Shown: positions 25,949-39,580, counted from the first letter of the stretch. The stretch: 64,000 nt of DNA from Yuukianura sp. NJ FZ-2021 (GCA_046563655.1 CM102290.1:5828001-5892000), one strand, 5' to 3'. The notes: generated by a model not told the origin, from the sequence alone. Translations and numbers: made by a program.

Positions 25949-28900
25949 CAACATTTTTATGCAAGATTCTCAGGGAGACAAGAAAAATGAGGTCAAAGGG
26001 TGCAATCATTCTCAATTTTTTTTAAAAATATTTCTTCTTGAAGAGAAATGGCGCCTCGGAAGTTTCGATTTTCCAGAGAGTGGAGTTTTTTTTTGAAATT
26101 GGAAACTTCTTTTTTTTGAAAGATGACAGAGATTTCCATCATCACTTTTATTATTCCGGACACCGTTCTCGAGTCTCAAGAAGCCCCAGACAAGGAGGTG
26201 ACATGACACTGTCATGTCAGCTGATCCATCCACGACGTCCATGTCAATGACATGTCTCGTCCTGGGTTCAATGTCAATGCAATTCCTGTCACACCAACAG
26301 TAGTTGGCCAAAAGATGACAAATTACAAACCAAAACCCAAAGTTGACTTCAATCTAAAAAAAGGCGGGCTTTTCTAACTTTTTTTAGGCGGGCTTTTTAA
26401 ATTTGAAGGAACGTAATCTGTCTGCGTCCTGAATTTTGGTTCCTCATTTATCATAGCGATCAAAAAGAAATTCAGTTTTTCCGCACATCCAAAGAATCAA
26501 CAGGCAACTCTAAAAAATTGTTCTTGTTGAAAACACATTTTTCAAAAAAAAAGAGTTGAAATTTTTTGGAATTTTGTTCCGTTTTAGCCGAAAACCTTTG
26601 ATTTTGAGCAACTTTTAAACGAAGTAGGCTGGATTTGGAAAAGTGGAGGCATTAGGTTAACTAAATTTAGGTTAGCGTTAGGTTATTGTGACATTGCCTG
26701 TTGATTTGTCCTGTTTGCTCAAAGACTACGTCGGTTGAAGAGACTGTCAAGTTATTGTTATCCTAATCTGGACAGAGTCAGGGGCTTACAGGTCTTCATC
26801 ATAAGTGTAAACAAAGAGGCTCAAATGGACTCAAGTGGAATGACGACAAACACAACTACACAGGCTCACTCTCTTTTTTTCAAAAAACTATCCTTTTTTA
26901 AAAAAAAAAGTCTTCATTTTTTTGAAGTTGGCTTGAAACTTGTGAGTGATGCTGTAGAAAGTGGGTTCAGAGGTCAGTGGAGTGGAGTGAAGTGGATACT
27001 TGGTTGAAAGAAGTGAAAACTTGAGTTGCGAAATGGAGTGGATACAACTACTCACTTCGGCCGAAAGTCAACCACAAGTTTTTGTTCTTGGAAGGGATAA
27101 CCCGGTTAAGTCACTTGATCAAATATCCCCCCCCCCCGTTTTAGAGGGGGGGGGGGTTAAGAGATGGGGGTGGGGTTCCCCTCTCTGCAGAAACAGCCTC
27201 ACTAACTTTATCTTTAGTGTAAGTTGGGGAATGTGGCCAGGAGAAAGTCAAACTTTCCTTTTCATCTCCAAACGGCAGTTTATTGATAAAAATCTCTGGA
27301 AGTGCTTCTGCACGTTACCAATCACTTTTTTTTCATGTACAGAGCGGCTCTTCAAAAAGTGTCACACTATTTTTTTCAAAATTTCTTTTTTCTCAACTTT
27401 TTTGCGTAAATTTTGAATTTCTGGACTTGACGACTGCTTAGCGTGACCTAACCGAAATTGTGTGATGGAGGTGAATTGTTGCTGACCTTTGGGAAGTCAG
27501 TGACCTTTGTCGTTTGTGGCTTTGTGTTGACCCACTCTGTACATTTTGGAAAGTGGAGTGAAAGTGGGATGAGATGATGTGGGAGAAGTGGGCTGATGGA
27601 AATATTATTATGCAATAATCCAAACAGAAACGCTGCTCCTCCTCTCCATAAAAAGTGATTCATGGCGCCAAACTGTACCAAAAAATTTTTTTTTGAAAAA
27701 GAGAAGAAAAACTTTGAGGGAATTTTGAACGATACGAATCTAAAACGAGGATCATTTGAGCCAGCCTGGAAAAGTTTCACAAGTTGCGAAGCAAGAATAT
27801 GTTTCAACTACTTTTTGAAAATCGCGCCATTTTTTGTCTTTATTTCATAATTTGGTTATAACCGTGAAATGCCTATCTCCATTTTTTTCCTTTGACAGTT
27901 TTTGGCAAAAAGTGAAACGCACTTTTGCAACTTGGCCAAAATTTAAAAGTTTTGGAAATTTGATTTTCGATGCGATATGAGTCGTCAAAAATACGCGCCA
28001 CTTTTTTTTTGTTTTCATTTTGGCAACACGGTGGGTATGACATGCAACATGTCACATTTAAAAAAAACGAAGTTTTTTCAAAAAAGGAAACATTTTTGAC
28101 TTGAAAATTGAGATTAGAAATTCAAATTATGAAGATTGAGAACTGTTAATTTATGCAACCGGCTTTGTAAGAATTTCAAAAGAAAAAGCAAGAAAAGAAG
28201 TAGAAAGTGAAAAGTTTGTTGCGATTTTTTGAATTCGAAAAACATCAATTCCGCCCAATTTCAATTCACTTTGAACTTTTACTCCATAAATTTTGCATTG
28301 AGTTCGAGAAACTTTTTTTTTCAAAAACAGTTTTTTTACAAGTCCAAATAGAACCTGTTGTACTTCGGTTGTTGCATTCGAAACGTCTCGCCAGAAGAAA
28401 AATCAACTTTTTGGAGAAAGCAAAAATAATTCCATTTTCAAAAACTAGTATATAACTTAAAACTAAAGTTTTAAACAAAAAAAGAAACTTTTTAAAAAAT
28501 TAGACTCTATTTGAACAAAAAAGTAAAAGTTTGCGTCAAACAGGTCCTCTTACTATTCAACTTTCTCATGATTTACTAATTAGGAAATGACACAAAGGTT
28601 CGACAGAAGAAAGACTCACGTTTCGAAAAAACAGATGAAGACTTTTTCAACAAAGTTTTTTTTTAAAGGAAAAGTTGAAAAACGAGGGAAACTTTTTAAA
28701 AAGTTGAACAGACGTTCTTTCTTAAATTTTTAACATTTGATTCAGTCGCTTCCTTTCGTCTTCTCTTTTGTTTCTACCTGTGACTCTACGGGACTCGACA
28801 AGAAAACGCGAGGGAGAAAGTCAAAAGACTTTTTTAAAAGACATACTTTTTTTTAAAAAATGTATTTTTTTTACTTTTTGCTTAGTATACTGCTTTCTCC

Positions 28901-31900
28901 CGGTTTTCAGTCTCCGTTTTCTCATAAAAAATTCAGAGACTTTTTTGTTGCCTGCCTCCATCAACCTACAAACGACTGCGACCTCGTCACCCACTTCCAC
29001 CTAAGTCACCAGTTGACATGCAGTTTCAAAAAAACAACACAAATTTTTACGTTTTTTTTTTGAAAATTTTCAAAATTTCCAAAGAAACTCCAAAATGTAT
29101 CCCCTCCCATAATTTCAAAAAGTGGATGCGGGGGTATTTTTGAAACATGTCCAAACACAACCATTTTTGAATGCCAGTGAAGCAAGTTTTGCTAATTTTG
29201 TAACAAAATTTAAAAAGTTGTAGTTATTGCGTAACCTGTTCAAGAAAAAACTATTTTCTTGGGTACGAACCTTGGAGAAAAGAAAAGCCAGATTTTAAAT
29301 AATTCCACCGAAAAGAGTAAAAGCGGGCAACAGGATTCCTGCGTTGGTTTTCTGCTTGATGAGATTCTTGACAGAAAAGGCTTTTCTCTTTGGTTGGAGA
29401 AAGTGACAGGCAGAAAGGCCAAAAGCCACACACACAAAATGTCCTACAAGCAAAACTACCTAAAACAACTTGACCTACGTTGAAATAACCTGCTTTTGTT
29501 ACGCTTTAGCCAAAAATGAAGTTGAATGTTTGTGTTGTAGGCCGGTTTGTGTTTATTTTTTGACCTGCGGTGGTCCTACACTGGTAGACTTGAGGGAAGA
29601 GGCTTAATGAATCTCAAGTGATGTTGGATTTAGTCATGAAGTCTCTTGGAGCTATGAATACAAAAAGAGCGGCAAGATCAAAAGTTAATTGTGGAAAACC
29701 ACCACAAATTTATAAAATAATTAAGTCAATCTTACCTGTCCACCCCCCCCTTCTCTTGAGCATCTTAACCCCCCCCCCTTCTCCCACTTCTTAAAAACCA
29801 CGTTTTCAAAACAGAGTTTCAAAAAAGAGGAAAGAATTCGTGGAAAAAATTTTCCCCAAAATTGGGAAAATTTTTTATCGGGAAAACTGAGGAGTTTCGT
29901 ACAAGTAAAAAGTTAGGGTTTCATATTGCCCCAGAAAAGTTTGCAAAGTGAAAGCGAAAATGTGACTGGCCACTTTCTCCTTAGTTTTGGACAGAAGGAA
30001 GCGGATGGATTGACCTTTGACCTCTGACGACTCTTTGTGCGTCTTCAAAGGAAACGGAGGTTAGTCCGAGGTCAACTTGAGACGTCCACATCAAAGGGTT
30101 TTCCTGCATGGGGGAAAGTCTGGTTTCAGAATTTCCCTCACTTTTTGGATGGTCGTAGTCCTGTCACTTTCGCAGTGGATGATCGACGGAATTCAATCTG
30201 AACCTTCCCGCCAAAAAAACTTCTTTGAACTTCCTCCAAAGAGAGAACAAAGACCAAACCTCGTTCCGTACAAAACACAATAAAGACCAAAACGAACTTT
30301 GACTTCACTAACAACGTTCACTCAATCATCATGAATTACTCGCCTTCCACCGAAAAACATAAAAGAATCAGGAAATTCGGAGGATCAGGAATCGGCAATG
30401 CTGGACACAGGCATCAGAAATGGTCAAGAATCAGGAATCAGGAAAATCAGTCTAGGAAGCATCAGGATTGAGAATTTAAGCTATCTCTTCACCAGAATTT
30501 TATGAAACGCGATTCAGTCTCATGAAAATTTGAGTTTAAAAGCTAACGTTTTCCCGTGCAAAGAAAAGTTGAGATTTATGGTTCATTTTCAGTTCATAAA
30601 AGCGTGCGTTCCCAGCGGAGTACAAAAGTTCATCACTTTCTCTTTTTATGCAACACTTAAATACCACACACAAATTAATCTTAGCCACAAATGGTTCATT
30701 TCAAGTTCAAGCCATACTCAACTTTTTTCAAATTTGGTCTTAAAATAACCATTTTTAAAAAAAAGCCGCTTAGAAGTTGGACATGAACAAATTCTAGGAG
30801 CAGGATTTGAATTTTTAACGAAGTGTTTTATGCCAAACCATCAAAAGTTAAGAACCGCGTTTTAAAAAACAGGGAAGATTTGAATTTGAGCAAACAAAAT
30901 TTGGTGTAAGGTCGTGTAATGTTGAGTAACAGCGTCGAAAGATGTGACCTCGACGATGTGTGTAGTTGACGGGAGAGGTCAAAGGTCAAAGTGTTAATTT
31001 CCTGCTTGAGGTGCTCTGTGCTAATTAAGAATTCAGCTAATCATGCAAATTCTCCTTTCCATCAACATTTCCACTTTTGTGTTCATAATCCTCCATTTTC
31101 TGTTCAAGTGGACGCTCCCATAAAGTTGCCATTCCACTTGTACTTTTTAGAGTTACAATGTTGACGGCCCATGTCAAACGCCAACTTTCAAATGTCTCGC
31201 AGCCTTAATTAACATAGAGTCTCCAAGGTAACTTCTTGTTCTAGAAATTCTAAACTCTTGTTCTAAAATCTAGATTTGGAGTGTAATTTAATTCATTTCC
31301 GCCTCCATGATTCAAATTTCCTCCTCCAATTATCAAATGCAGAAACTCCTCAATGGAAACCAAATATTCTGCCTACTTAATCATTCAGTTTCAATCTCAC
31401 ATTCAGGTATGCTCCACGGCCGAGACAAAACTGGCCAACACAATTTTGACACCACAAGTTCGTCACCTTAAAAAATGGTCACATTGGCATTAATTTTTAA
31501 AAACCAAAACAAACAGTGCGGCGTTTGAGTTGTAAAGTTGTGGCTACTTTTGCTTTTCGGCACTTTTGCAAAACGGCTAAGAATACATGGGAAATCCGAA
31601 TTAGTTGGAAAACTCAATTTTGTAACTATGACGTTTTGGTTTTTGAGTTGTAGCCACTTTTGCTTTTGGGCACTTTTGCAAAACTGGAATAAATTCGAAT
31701 AGCGAGGCGTTTCAATTAAAAACATTGATGAAGAAATGAAGTGCGTGTGATTGTGTGAATCATTTTGTGACTTTTGGTTTGTGTTGTTCCCATGTTTTAT
31801 GTGATCATAAAGTATAAATTAATGTTAAATATGTAAACATATATTTAAATATGTGTAGAATATTGGGCCATAAACTAAGGTTATTGGACACTAATCGGTG

Positions 31901-33659
31901 GAGTGACTGGACTCTGACTGTCATCATGACTCATTCCAGTCGGAATTGTGTTTTTACGAGAGGAGATGAGTGGAGATGTCCAAGTGATGTGAGACAAGTG
32001 CATAATCTCCACAACAACATTAATCCTTAAGTCAAGAGGTCAAGTGAGGAGTGACCTCTTGGTTGTGCATGCGCAGAGGTCAACGACCCCTCCAGTCCAA
32101 CTAGGTCTCCAATGTCACCTTCTCATTCAACCTAAGACTCAATCCTCAACCGGTTTCCCAACAACTTTACACAACTTATTCTGCAAGTCAAACCCACTTT
32201 TGTGTCAAACACATTTTCAAAAAAGAAAACCAACTTTTTGCATAACATTTTTGCACAAAAGTGAATGAAAACCAACTTTACTCGCCTTCATTTCCATTTT
32301 TTAGTAAAAAGACAAAAGGAAGTCCATCTCTTTGCACCACCCACTGAGTAACAACACATAAAAAAAAGAGTTGTTTCTACTCAAAATTTTGATCCACAAA
32401 ATTCCGACATTTGTCTTGTCATTAACTCTAATTTTCAAATTCTGCCCTAAAATTTTGGTCACAATTGAAAAGTGGATTCAAATTTTGAGTTCATGGGTGG
32501 AGAACAACGAATAATGTACAAATCTCTTCTACAACTAAAATTTTTGTCTAATTTTGTTTGATTTTAAGTGAAAAGTGAGATAAATTGGGTATACTTTTGT
32601 ATGTTTAAAATTTTGAAAAAAGGAGTTAAAAATTGAACGGAGTTTGGTTCGGGTGTGTCACTTTTGAATAACATTTCCTCGTTGCAAAAACTAAAATTGG
32701 CAGAGTGCCTAACTGAATAATTCTAGAAGATGCTGGAGTTTAAGGATCATTTACAACAGAAAGTGGAAGGCAGGAATGGAGCAGAGTAAAAAAGAAATTC
32801 TGTTTCGAATTTCGGGTGATTCGGAGTTTTAGTTTTTTTTTTTTCGGAGTTTTCGGTTTTTTTTTTGGCCCGTTTGTAGAACAGGAAGGAATCTGGCAAG
32901 AAAAAAGAGAGCGTGGAGCCTGTTTCGTAGTTTATGGTTCCTTGCGGTACGAAACTGGAACTGTAAAGATCATTTGTATTACCGAGGGGGGGGGGGTCTG
33001 GCAAGGAGGGGGGGGTGTACGAACCCCCCCCCCTTTGCCAACAGAAGTGTCATCCACCGGAAAACGAAACTTCCTTTCCGTCCCGTAGGAAAAACAAACT
33101 TAAATCATAGAGTAAATATACACAAAAAAAAAGAAAATTTAATAATTCTTGTTCTGTTTACAACTTAAGTTTTCATCCAAACTTTTCTTTTGGCGCTTAG
33201 TTTGAGATCCAATTTGGAAAAATTTGAATTGACATTGAACAACAAAAAATTTGGAAAAATGAAATTCCGACAACACGAACATCAATTCTTTTTATGCGAT
33301 TTAGACGCGAGAATCTTAATTTCCCAATGGAATCCTCCTCATCCTAAATCCACTTTGAAAAGTTCACGCATTGTAACATTAGCGTTACACTTTTTCAAAT
33401 TACATTTTTAAATTCTGGCACATAACTCCCCTCACACTTTTTTGTGAAATGAACAAATTTAAATTTTAAAAGCGGCATTCTGACATCGTGTACTCAAATC
33501 TCCAGAGGAAATGAACAAATTGAAAAACAAACTGCTCAATTTGCTACACTTTATTGAAAATGAACTCATGAGTTTAAAATTCAAAATGAAAATAGTTGTT
33601 CAAAAATGGAAATAGTTGTTGAAAAAGGAAACTAGTTGTTGAAAAGTATGAAGAATGTG

Positions 33660-34004
33660 TTATCTGTGTGGGTCCACAATGCGGACTTGTTGGGGTTGTT
33701 GGACGATGGGGACATGCATGGCTTCGGGGTCGCGTATTGGTCTTCTCCTGTCGACATCTCTATTGCGCATGAGTTGTCTGCGTTGCCAACATGGTTTGCA
33801 TTTGAATCTGTAGATGAGGTAGACGAGGATGCCGAAGCAGATGATGGCGAAGAGAATGACGAGCACAATCGTAAGGGTCCAGGCCCTGCGCCCTTCAAAC
33901 CCAGTCTCGTGGATCTCGCCCTCAATCGGCGGCGGATGCTTGATTCGCGTGCGCCAAACCTTCTCCGTAGGCGCATTCATTATTTCCAACTCTTCATCAT
34001 TCAT
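33660..34004 (-). CDS. Orphan 114-aa single-pass membrane protein
   Basis: Intronless GC-richer ORF MNDEELEIMNAP...; one hydrophobic segment AWTLTIVLVILFAIICFGILVYLIY followed by basic/Cys RFKCKPCWQRRQ; AATAAA ~100 nt downstream on the minus strand (33550-33555). No family recognised. Confidence 0.6.
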   Translation of the reverse strand: MNDEELEIMNAPTEKVWRTRIKHPPPIEGEIHETGFEGRRAWTLTIVLVILFAIICFGILVYLIYRFKCKPCWQRRQLMRNRDVDRRRPIRDPEAMHVPIVQQPQQVRIVDPHR

Positions 34005-34576
34005 CTTAAACACTTACTCGACGCACTTTTCAAAAAACTACAAGTTTTCAAAAAAAAACTGCAAGGACTTTTAAAAAAAAACTGCTGGTTTTTACTGAAA
34101 AAAAAAAACTGCAAGAACTTTGCAAAACTGGAGCGACTTTTCAAACCCCATGAAATTCATACTTTGGATTTAAATAGTTTGAGTAATTCCAACGATCAAA
34201 TTATTGTAAACAAAGCATAAAAATCAATTGAAATGTTCCATGACAATACTTTTGTGTACTTAAAAAGGTTTCCAAAACATTTCAAATCTTTATTTGATAA
34301 CTCATCAAGTCATCAATAATAATCACGGAATAATTAAAAAAAAAAGCGTACACCCAACAATTTGTAACTCCAAAAACGTCTGAGTTAGTTTTTCAAATGC
34401 TGTTTTTATTTTGTGTATTATATTTAAAGTTAACATTTTAACACGTAAATTGCTATTGTTGAATGATTAATTCTGTTTCCGTATCCGAATCTGCTTGGGA
34501 AGTGAGTAAAAACAGTTAGAATTTAAGTTATGGAAGATTTTGAGACTAGAATAGAGCGAGACATTGTTCGTGTCAC

Positions 34577-37500
34577 TTATTTTGCTGACAGTGACTCTCG
34601 TCCACAGCGGGCAATGGAACTGAGGAGTTTGAACAGTCCCGTGTCCTTCGGTTTCTCCAGTCCTCTCATTAATCGATTCTTCATCACAGCCACAAACTCA
34701 CGATTACTCAGCTGTCCATCCTCTGCAAACATTCATTAACTAAAGTTAACGCTTCAATCCAAAGTATAATCGCTTACGGTTTTCATCAAATAAGGTAAAG
34801 ACGACATCGATCATATGGTCCGACAGGTCAACATGTGCTACTGTCCTGGCAACGTGCTTCAGTGTTCCTGCATTTTGACATTCACAATTAAGATTCACAT
34901 GAACTGGACACAACCAAGGTTTCTAAGACAAGGAAAAGTTAATTTTCTTTAACAGGTTGGGTACTACCTCGCTTGTTTACAAAATAAAAAAAAAATTCAT
35001 ACCAATCCAAAAATTGGTACCAATTCGTATGCAAAGTTTAAAAAAATTGGCTGCATTGTTTATGACTACGATGCCCGACATGAAAAGATACTTTTTTGTA
35101 AATCAAAAAAACATGAAGTATTACCCAACCTGTTAAAGAAAATCAAGGCAATAAACCTTGGGAAAGAACTGTGAGAAACTTACGCTGATCAATCGCTGCT
35201 CCAGCGATGTGGTAGAAGGTGAGGGCAGTATCTACGTCGTTAATGTTACTCAGCAAGTGGAAAAACTGCAAGTAGTCGTCCAGGGAGATTCCTTTAGCTA
35301 AGGCAGGATCTTTGTATCTAAAACAATCAGGTTCAATTTGGATCAGTGCTAAAGAGGATTCACTAATCCTCGGAATCCGACGATTCCGAGGATTAGTCAG
35401 TCCCGTTTTAAACTTTGACCTTGAGCTTACTTTCGTTTGACTCTTTTGAGCATTCGGGCCTTTTTCTTGGGCGTGTACCCCGCATAGGCCAGCAGTAGTT
35501 CTGCAAAGTCACTTTCGCTGATTCTCTTGTTTTCTGCCGGCCCTTTCCTCCGGAATTCCAAATTCAGAATTTCCCGCTGAAGATGTTGCTGGAAGTCCAG
35601 GAATTTCTCTATCGTCAACTTCTCTCGCCGATTGGATCCAAAGAAGAATGTGGTCAGAGCAGAGTTCATTCCCTGAATTCAATCAATTACTAATTAGTGA
35701 ATCAAATTTATGTAAATGAGGACTCACTTTGAGTGAATTCCCTGCCACGGCATGTTCTCTATGTCGTGATCCAAAGGTGGTTCTCTGGCGAATAAGGGCT
35801 GTCACTTTTTCAAATTCTTCGTGATCCACGTCTCCATCTCCATTTAAATCGAACATGCGGAATGCAATCTCAAAGTGACGTCGTGAAGCTAAAAACAAAA
35901 AAGAAGTGTTTAAAGTTCCCTCTGAGTTGGTTGATTAAAAATTTGTTCCGTTACTTGATAAAACTGTGAGGAGAAAAATGTAATCTGAGAAGGAGATGAG
36001 TCCAGCACTTCCCAGTTTGTAGAAGATGCTGTCCGAATCAAGCTCCAGTTCCAGCCGTCCAGCTACCTAAAACAAATGTACAAAATATACAAATAGACAA
36101 ATTGAAACACAAAGTGTTGGATACTGTCTACAAGGGTATCGCATTCTCCCGGAGTGGTTCACACATGCGACATGTCAGTATATAAGTTCGTCTGTCGAAG
36201 TATTTAGTAAATCGCACGATTCTAGAAAACAACTGAGCAGCTAAACTCTTTGACTAAAAGGTCTACAAGTATTGGGGTCCAAATTGTCTTCGTTGTTCAA
36301 ACGATGATATGTCATGTGATCATGCCAATCCAGAATTCACAAGTTTGAAGAGTAGGATTTACATGCATTTGAGTTGGAATACTTCCAAGTACTTGAGATA
36401 CTTCCAAGTACTTTGTAGATATTTAGCTAGCCAGTTGTCTTCGGAAGTGGGAGTGCATTAGAAAATCTATAGTCGTCAACTTGGACTAAGAGTGAGTAGC
36501 ATATTGGTAGTTATGGTTCATAAGGACTGAATACTTTGACTGAATACTTGAGTTAGCTCGAAAGCGTGCTAGAGATAAGTTTGAAAACGGAGTGAGTGTT
36601 AGAAGGTAGAGGTCAAAGGTTATGCCTTAGTGTGTGATAAAGAGCAAAGACAAAGAGTGCAGAGACAGTTTGAGAATAGAAATTACCTCCAGAGAACTCT
36701 GTGTGATAGGCAAAGGAGGTGGTCGATGGTTAAATGGGTTTGAGAGAATAATCACAGATTACCATCATTAACAAAGGCATGTTACATTACTCTCGTCAAG
36801 AGGAGATTACAGCACAACTTGACTCTTCCCTAGCTAATTGGCTTTACACTGGACGAATTACAACTTACTTTGGGATCAAATCGCTTGAACTGGTCCAATC
36901 CCACACCTAAAACAACAGAAAAACAACAATTAGTAATCAACTAACTAAACTAATTAACTAATTCTTAACTAATTAAGAATATATTAGTGTTGTACCGTCA
37001 GGCTGCTTGATTCCTGGAGTGATTGATCTCAAAAAGTCATCAGGAGTCATGAAGATCTCTGCTTCTCCAGAAGGATTCACAACCTGGAGAGTGGCAAAGT
37101 ACCGAAACGTTTTGTCTGGAGTTGAATACTGTCTAATACGATTCTCATATTCCATGATCTGCAACAATTAACCAAATGCTAGTCTAATTAAGGTGACCTT
37201 GATTAATTGCTTAATTGATTTAGCTCAACTTACTTTGCGATCTCTAAATCCCACTTTCTGGCCCTTCTTTTTGCGTTGATGCTCTTCGTCAATCTGTCCC
37301 GTTATTGTGGTGCTGTCAACGTCAGGCGAAGCTGCATCTACTTTGGGCGGAGAAGGGAGGAATCTCTGTGCTTTGCCCTTGACCCACTCAGTAATCCTGC
37401 AATTGAAACCAACCGATTGATGATCTTTATCTGTGTAAATTAAGTTGTGTCTTACATGTCCCAATCCAGCAAAGAGGCAATGAAGCCCCCGATCACAATG

Positions 37501-37790
37501 AAATGCATGATCCTCCTCAACGTAGGCATCGTCTCTGTCCGATGTCCGAAGTTACTGTATGGACCACCATAATGAGTCGTGGGTAGGTCACTTTTCTGCA
37601 ATGAACTGGAGTGTCTTGTGACAAGTTGGTGTAGACGGTGACCTTTGACCTCGAGGCGATGGGAACATCCGGTGGTATCCAACGGATGATAAATTAGGTA
37701 AGTTCTGTAATTAGTTATGCAGTGAACTGATGTAGCACTGGGTCTTAAGTATGGACGGAGAAGATACCGCAAATCGTTTGTTAAACGCAT
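34577..37790 (-). CDS. MICU1: Mitochondrial calcium uptake protein 1 (EF-hand MCU gatekeeper)
   Basis: Exons 37790-37456 (may contain a 63-nt in-frame intron at 37767-37705), 37396-37234, 37158-36996, 36906-36869, [36698-36687 candidate microexon], 36066-35955, 35888-35728, 35672-35431, 35317-35184, 34867-34778, 34722-34577. Diagnostic motifs [31 protein letters not shown]-hands [14 protein letters not shown] and [15 protein letters not shown]-terminal [10 protein letters not shown]. Confidence 0.95.
34915..35160 (+). mobile_element. MITE, CAAGGTT family copy in a MICU1 intron
   Basis: caaggtttct...ttttctttaacaggttgggta...tacccaacctgttaaagaaaa...aaaccttg with a perfect 21-bp subterminal inverted repeat. 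Confidence 0.88.
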
Positions 37791-38234
37791 CTCGATAATC
37801 GCCGAATTCCGACTGCTTTTTAGCTGACCATGAGAAGTAATCGAAGTAATCGAATTCAAAGTAATTAATTAGTAACTCCGTAGTTAATTGGTAAAGTCAA
37901 CAGAAATGACAAAAACACATGATCATATGTTCTTTAAATTGTGCATTCATGCAGCAGCTACTCGCACTCACGCACGTCACCCACTTACCACAGCTGGACA
38001 ATACCAGAGTTCTCAGGAATTCAATTTTAAGTAAATTTTTTGAAAATTTTCAAAAAACATTTTTAAATTCCAAAAATTTCAGAAAACAAAATTTTTGAAT
38101 AAGATGAGGTTGGAGTTGTGACAAACTAAATTCAGAAAATCGAATTGTAAATACCAAATTTTGAAAATGTGAAGAAAGAATGATTCTTGATTCAATCTAG
38201 CTAAATGCCTAAGGAATACCTAAAATTTTTACAA

Positions 38235-38361
38235 TGGTAGGGAATTCTGAATCTTCAAAAGCAGTAAGAAATTCTGAATTTTCAAAAGTGGCCGTGAATT
38301 CTGAATTTTCACAAGTGGTAGGAAGTTCTGAAGTTTCGAAAGTGGTAGGAAACTCTGAATT
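38235..38361. repeat. 27-bp tandem repeat x~5
   Basis: Consensus gtggtaggaaattctgaattttcaaaa; explains the repetitive ORF 38234-38476. Confidence 0.8.
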
Positions 38362-39580
38362 AACCTTAATTTATGAACACACCTTAACAAGATTAAAAAA
38401 ATCGCACTTTTTAGGTTTTAATCCTTCCAGTTTTAGACATTTTGAAAATATAAACATTCAAAATACGATGGAATGAGTAATAGACATTGAACCGATTAGA
38501 AACTAAGACAGTTTGATTCTAATCATTTGTTCCAATAATGACAAAAAAACATACTACGCATCCATCCTAAAATGCATAACCTGTAATTTTTCCTTGTGAG
38601 TAGCTTTCAATTTTTGCAATGTCAATTTCTAATCTACATAAGATCATCTTCCAAACCTCAGCATCAGACAAGGATTTTATGAAAAACTTCATAAAAAAGC
38701 AAAAAAAGATGAAAAATTTATAAGCATTAGGTTTTACGTAACTTTTTCAGGAGGTTAAACTGACTGTTGGGTGGCCTTGTAGCAGTTCATTTTCACCTTT
38801 TAGTTCGTTCACTCTTCCGAATTCATCTTCAAAAAAACAACTGTTTTTCAGTTTTCTTTGATTTTGGTTTTCAGTGTTTCCAAACTTTCAAAAATTTGCA
38901 AATTAGCATCTACAAAAACGGTAAGTTTTTTTTATATTGGACAATGTCTTTAGCTAGAATACAAAGAAAATCAAAATTTTTAAAACGTTAGTACAAAAAA
39001 AAAATCTCTTTTTTGGTAAAAGCGTGTCGGTTGAAATTTTGAAAAGGTGGTAGCACCTGCATGTGTCAATGTGAATTGACTGAGAATTGCTGCCAAAGGG
39101 CTCCCCCCGTTTTTTACTTCTTAAAAAACGTGTCAAGGGTCCCCTCCTTTAGTCCATCTTACTATAAATAAGTACTGAGATCGCGTGCCAACCTAAAAGT
39201 GGAGCCCTTGGACTTGTGGAATGTACGTCCAAAGGGGTCAGGTCACCACAGCGTTCCTTATTTCTCAGAATAGGCTAAGGGGTTTCAATGGAAACGGGAC
39301 CCTTAATTGTTGGAAGAAGAAGCTAACGGGGTCCAGCAGGGGGACTTTTCTTGATCTTCCACAATAACTGTTGAGCAGAAACTGATTTGTGGGTTGAGCA
39401 GTTCTAAAAAGATGGGCCCTTACACAAAGGATTCATTCAACATCCAAAGGGCTAGGGACCCTTAAGGCTTTGGATCTGTTAGGATTCTGAACAAACAGCA
39501 TTCGAGGTCACGAGAAGACAATGGACAGATTACAAGTCCAGCTTCACCTGCCACTAGTCTATCAATTCCATCTTCAAATA

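Noticed and set aside
19011..26684. Short (TTAGG)n/(CCTAA)n tracts near 19011, 20137, 20847 and 26653
   Set aside because: Only 2-3 units each; too short to call interstitial telomeres.
33636..34220. 194-aa + strand ORF
   Set aside because: Antisense shadow of the membrane-protein ORF running into A-rich sequence.
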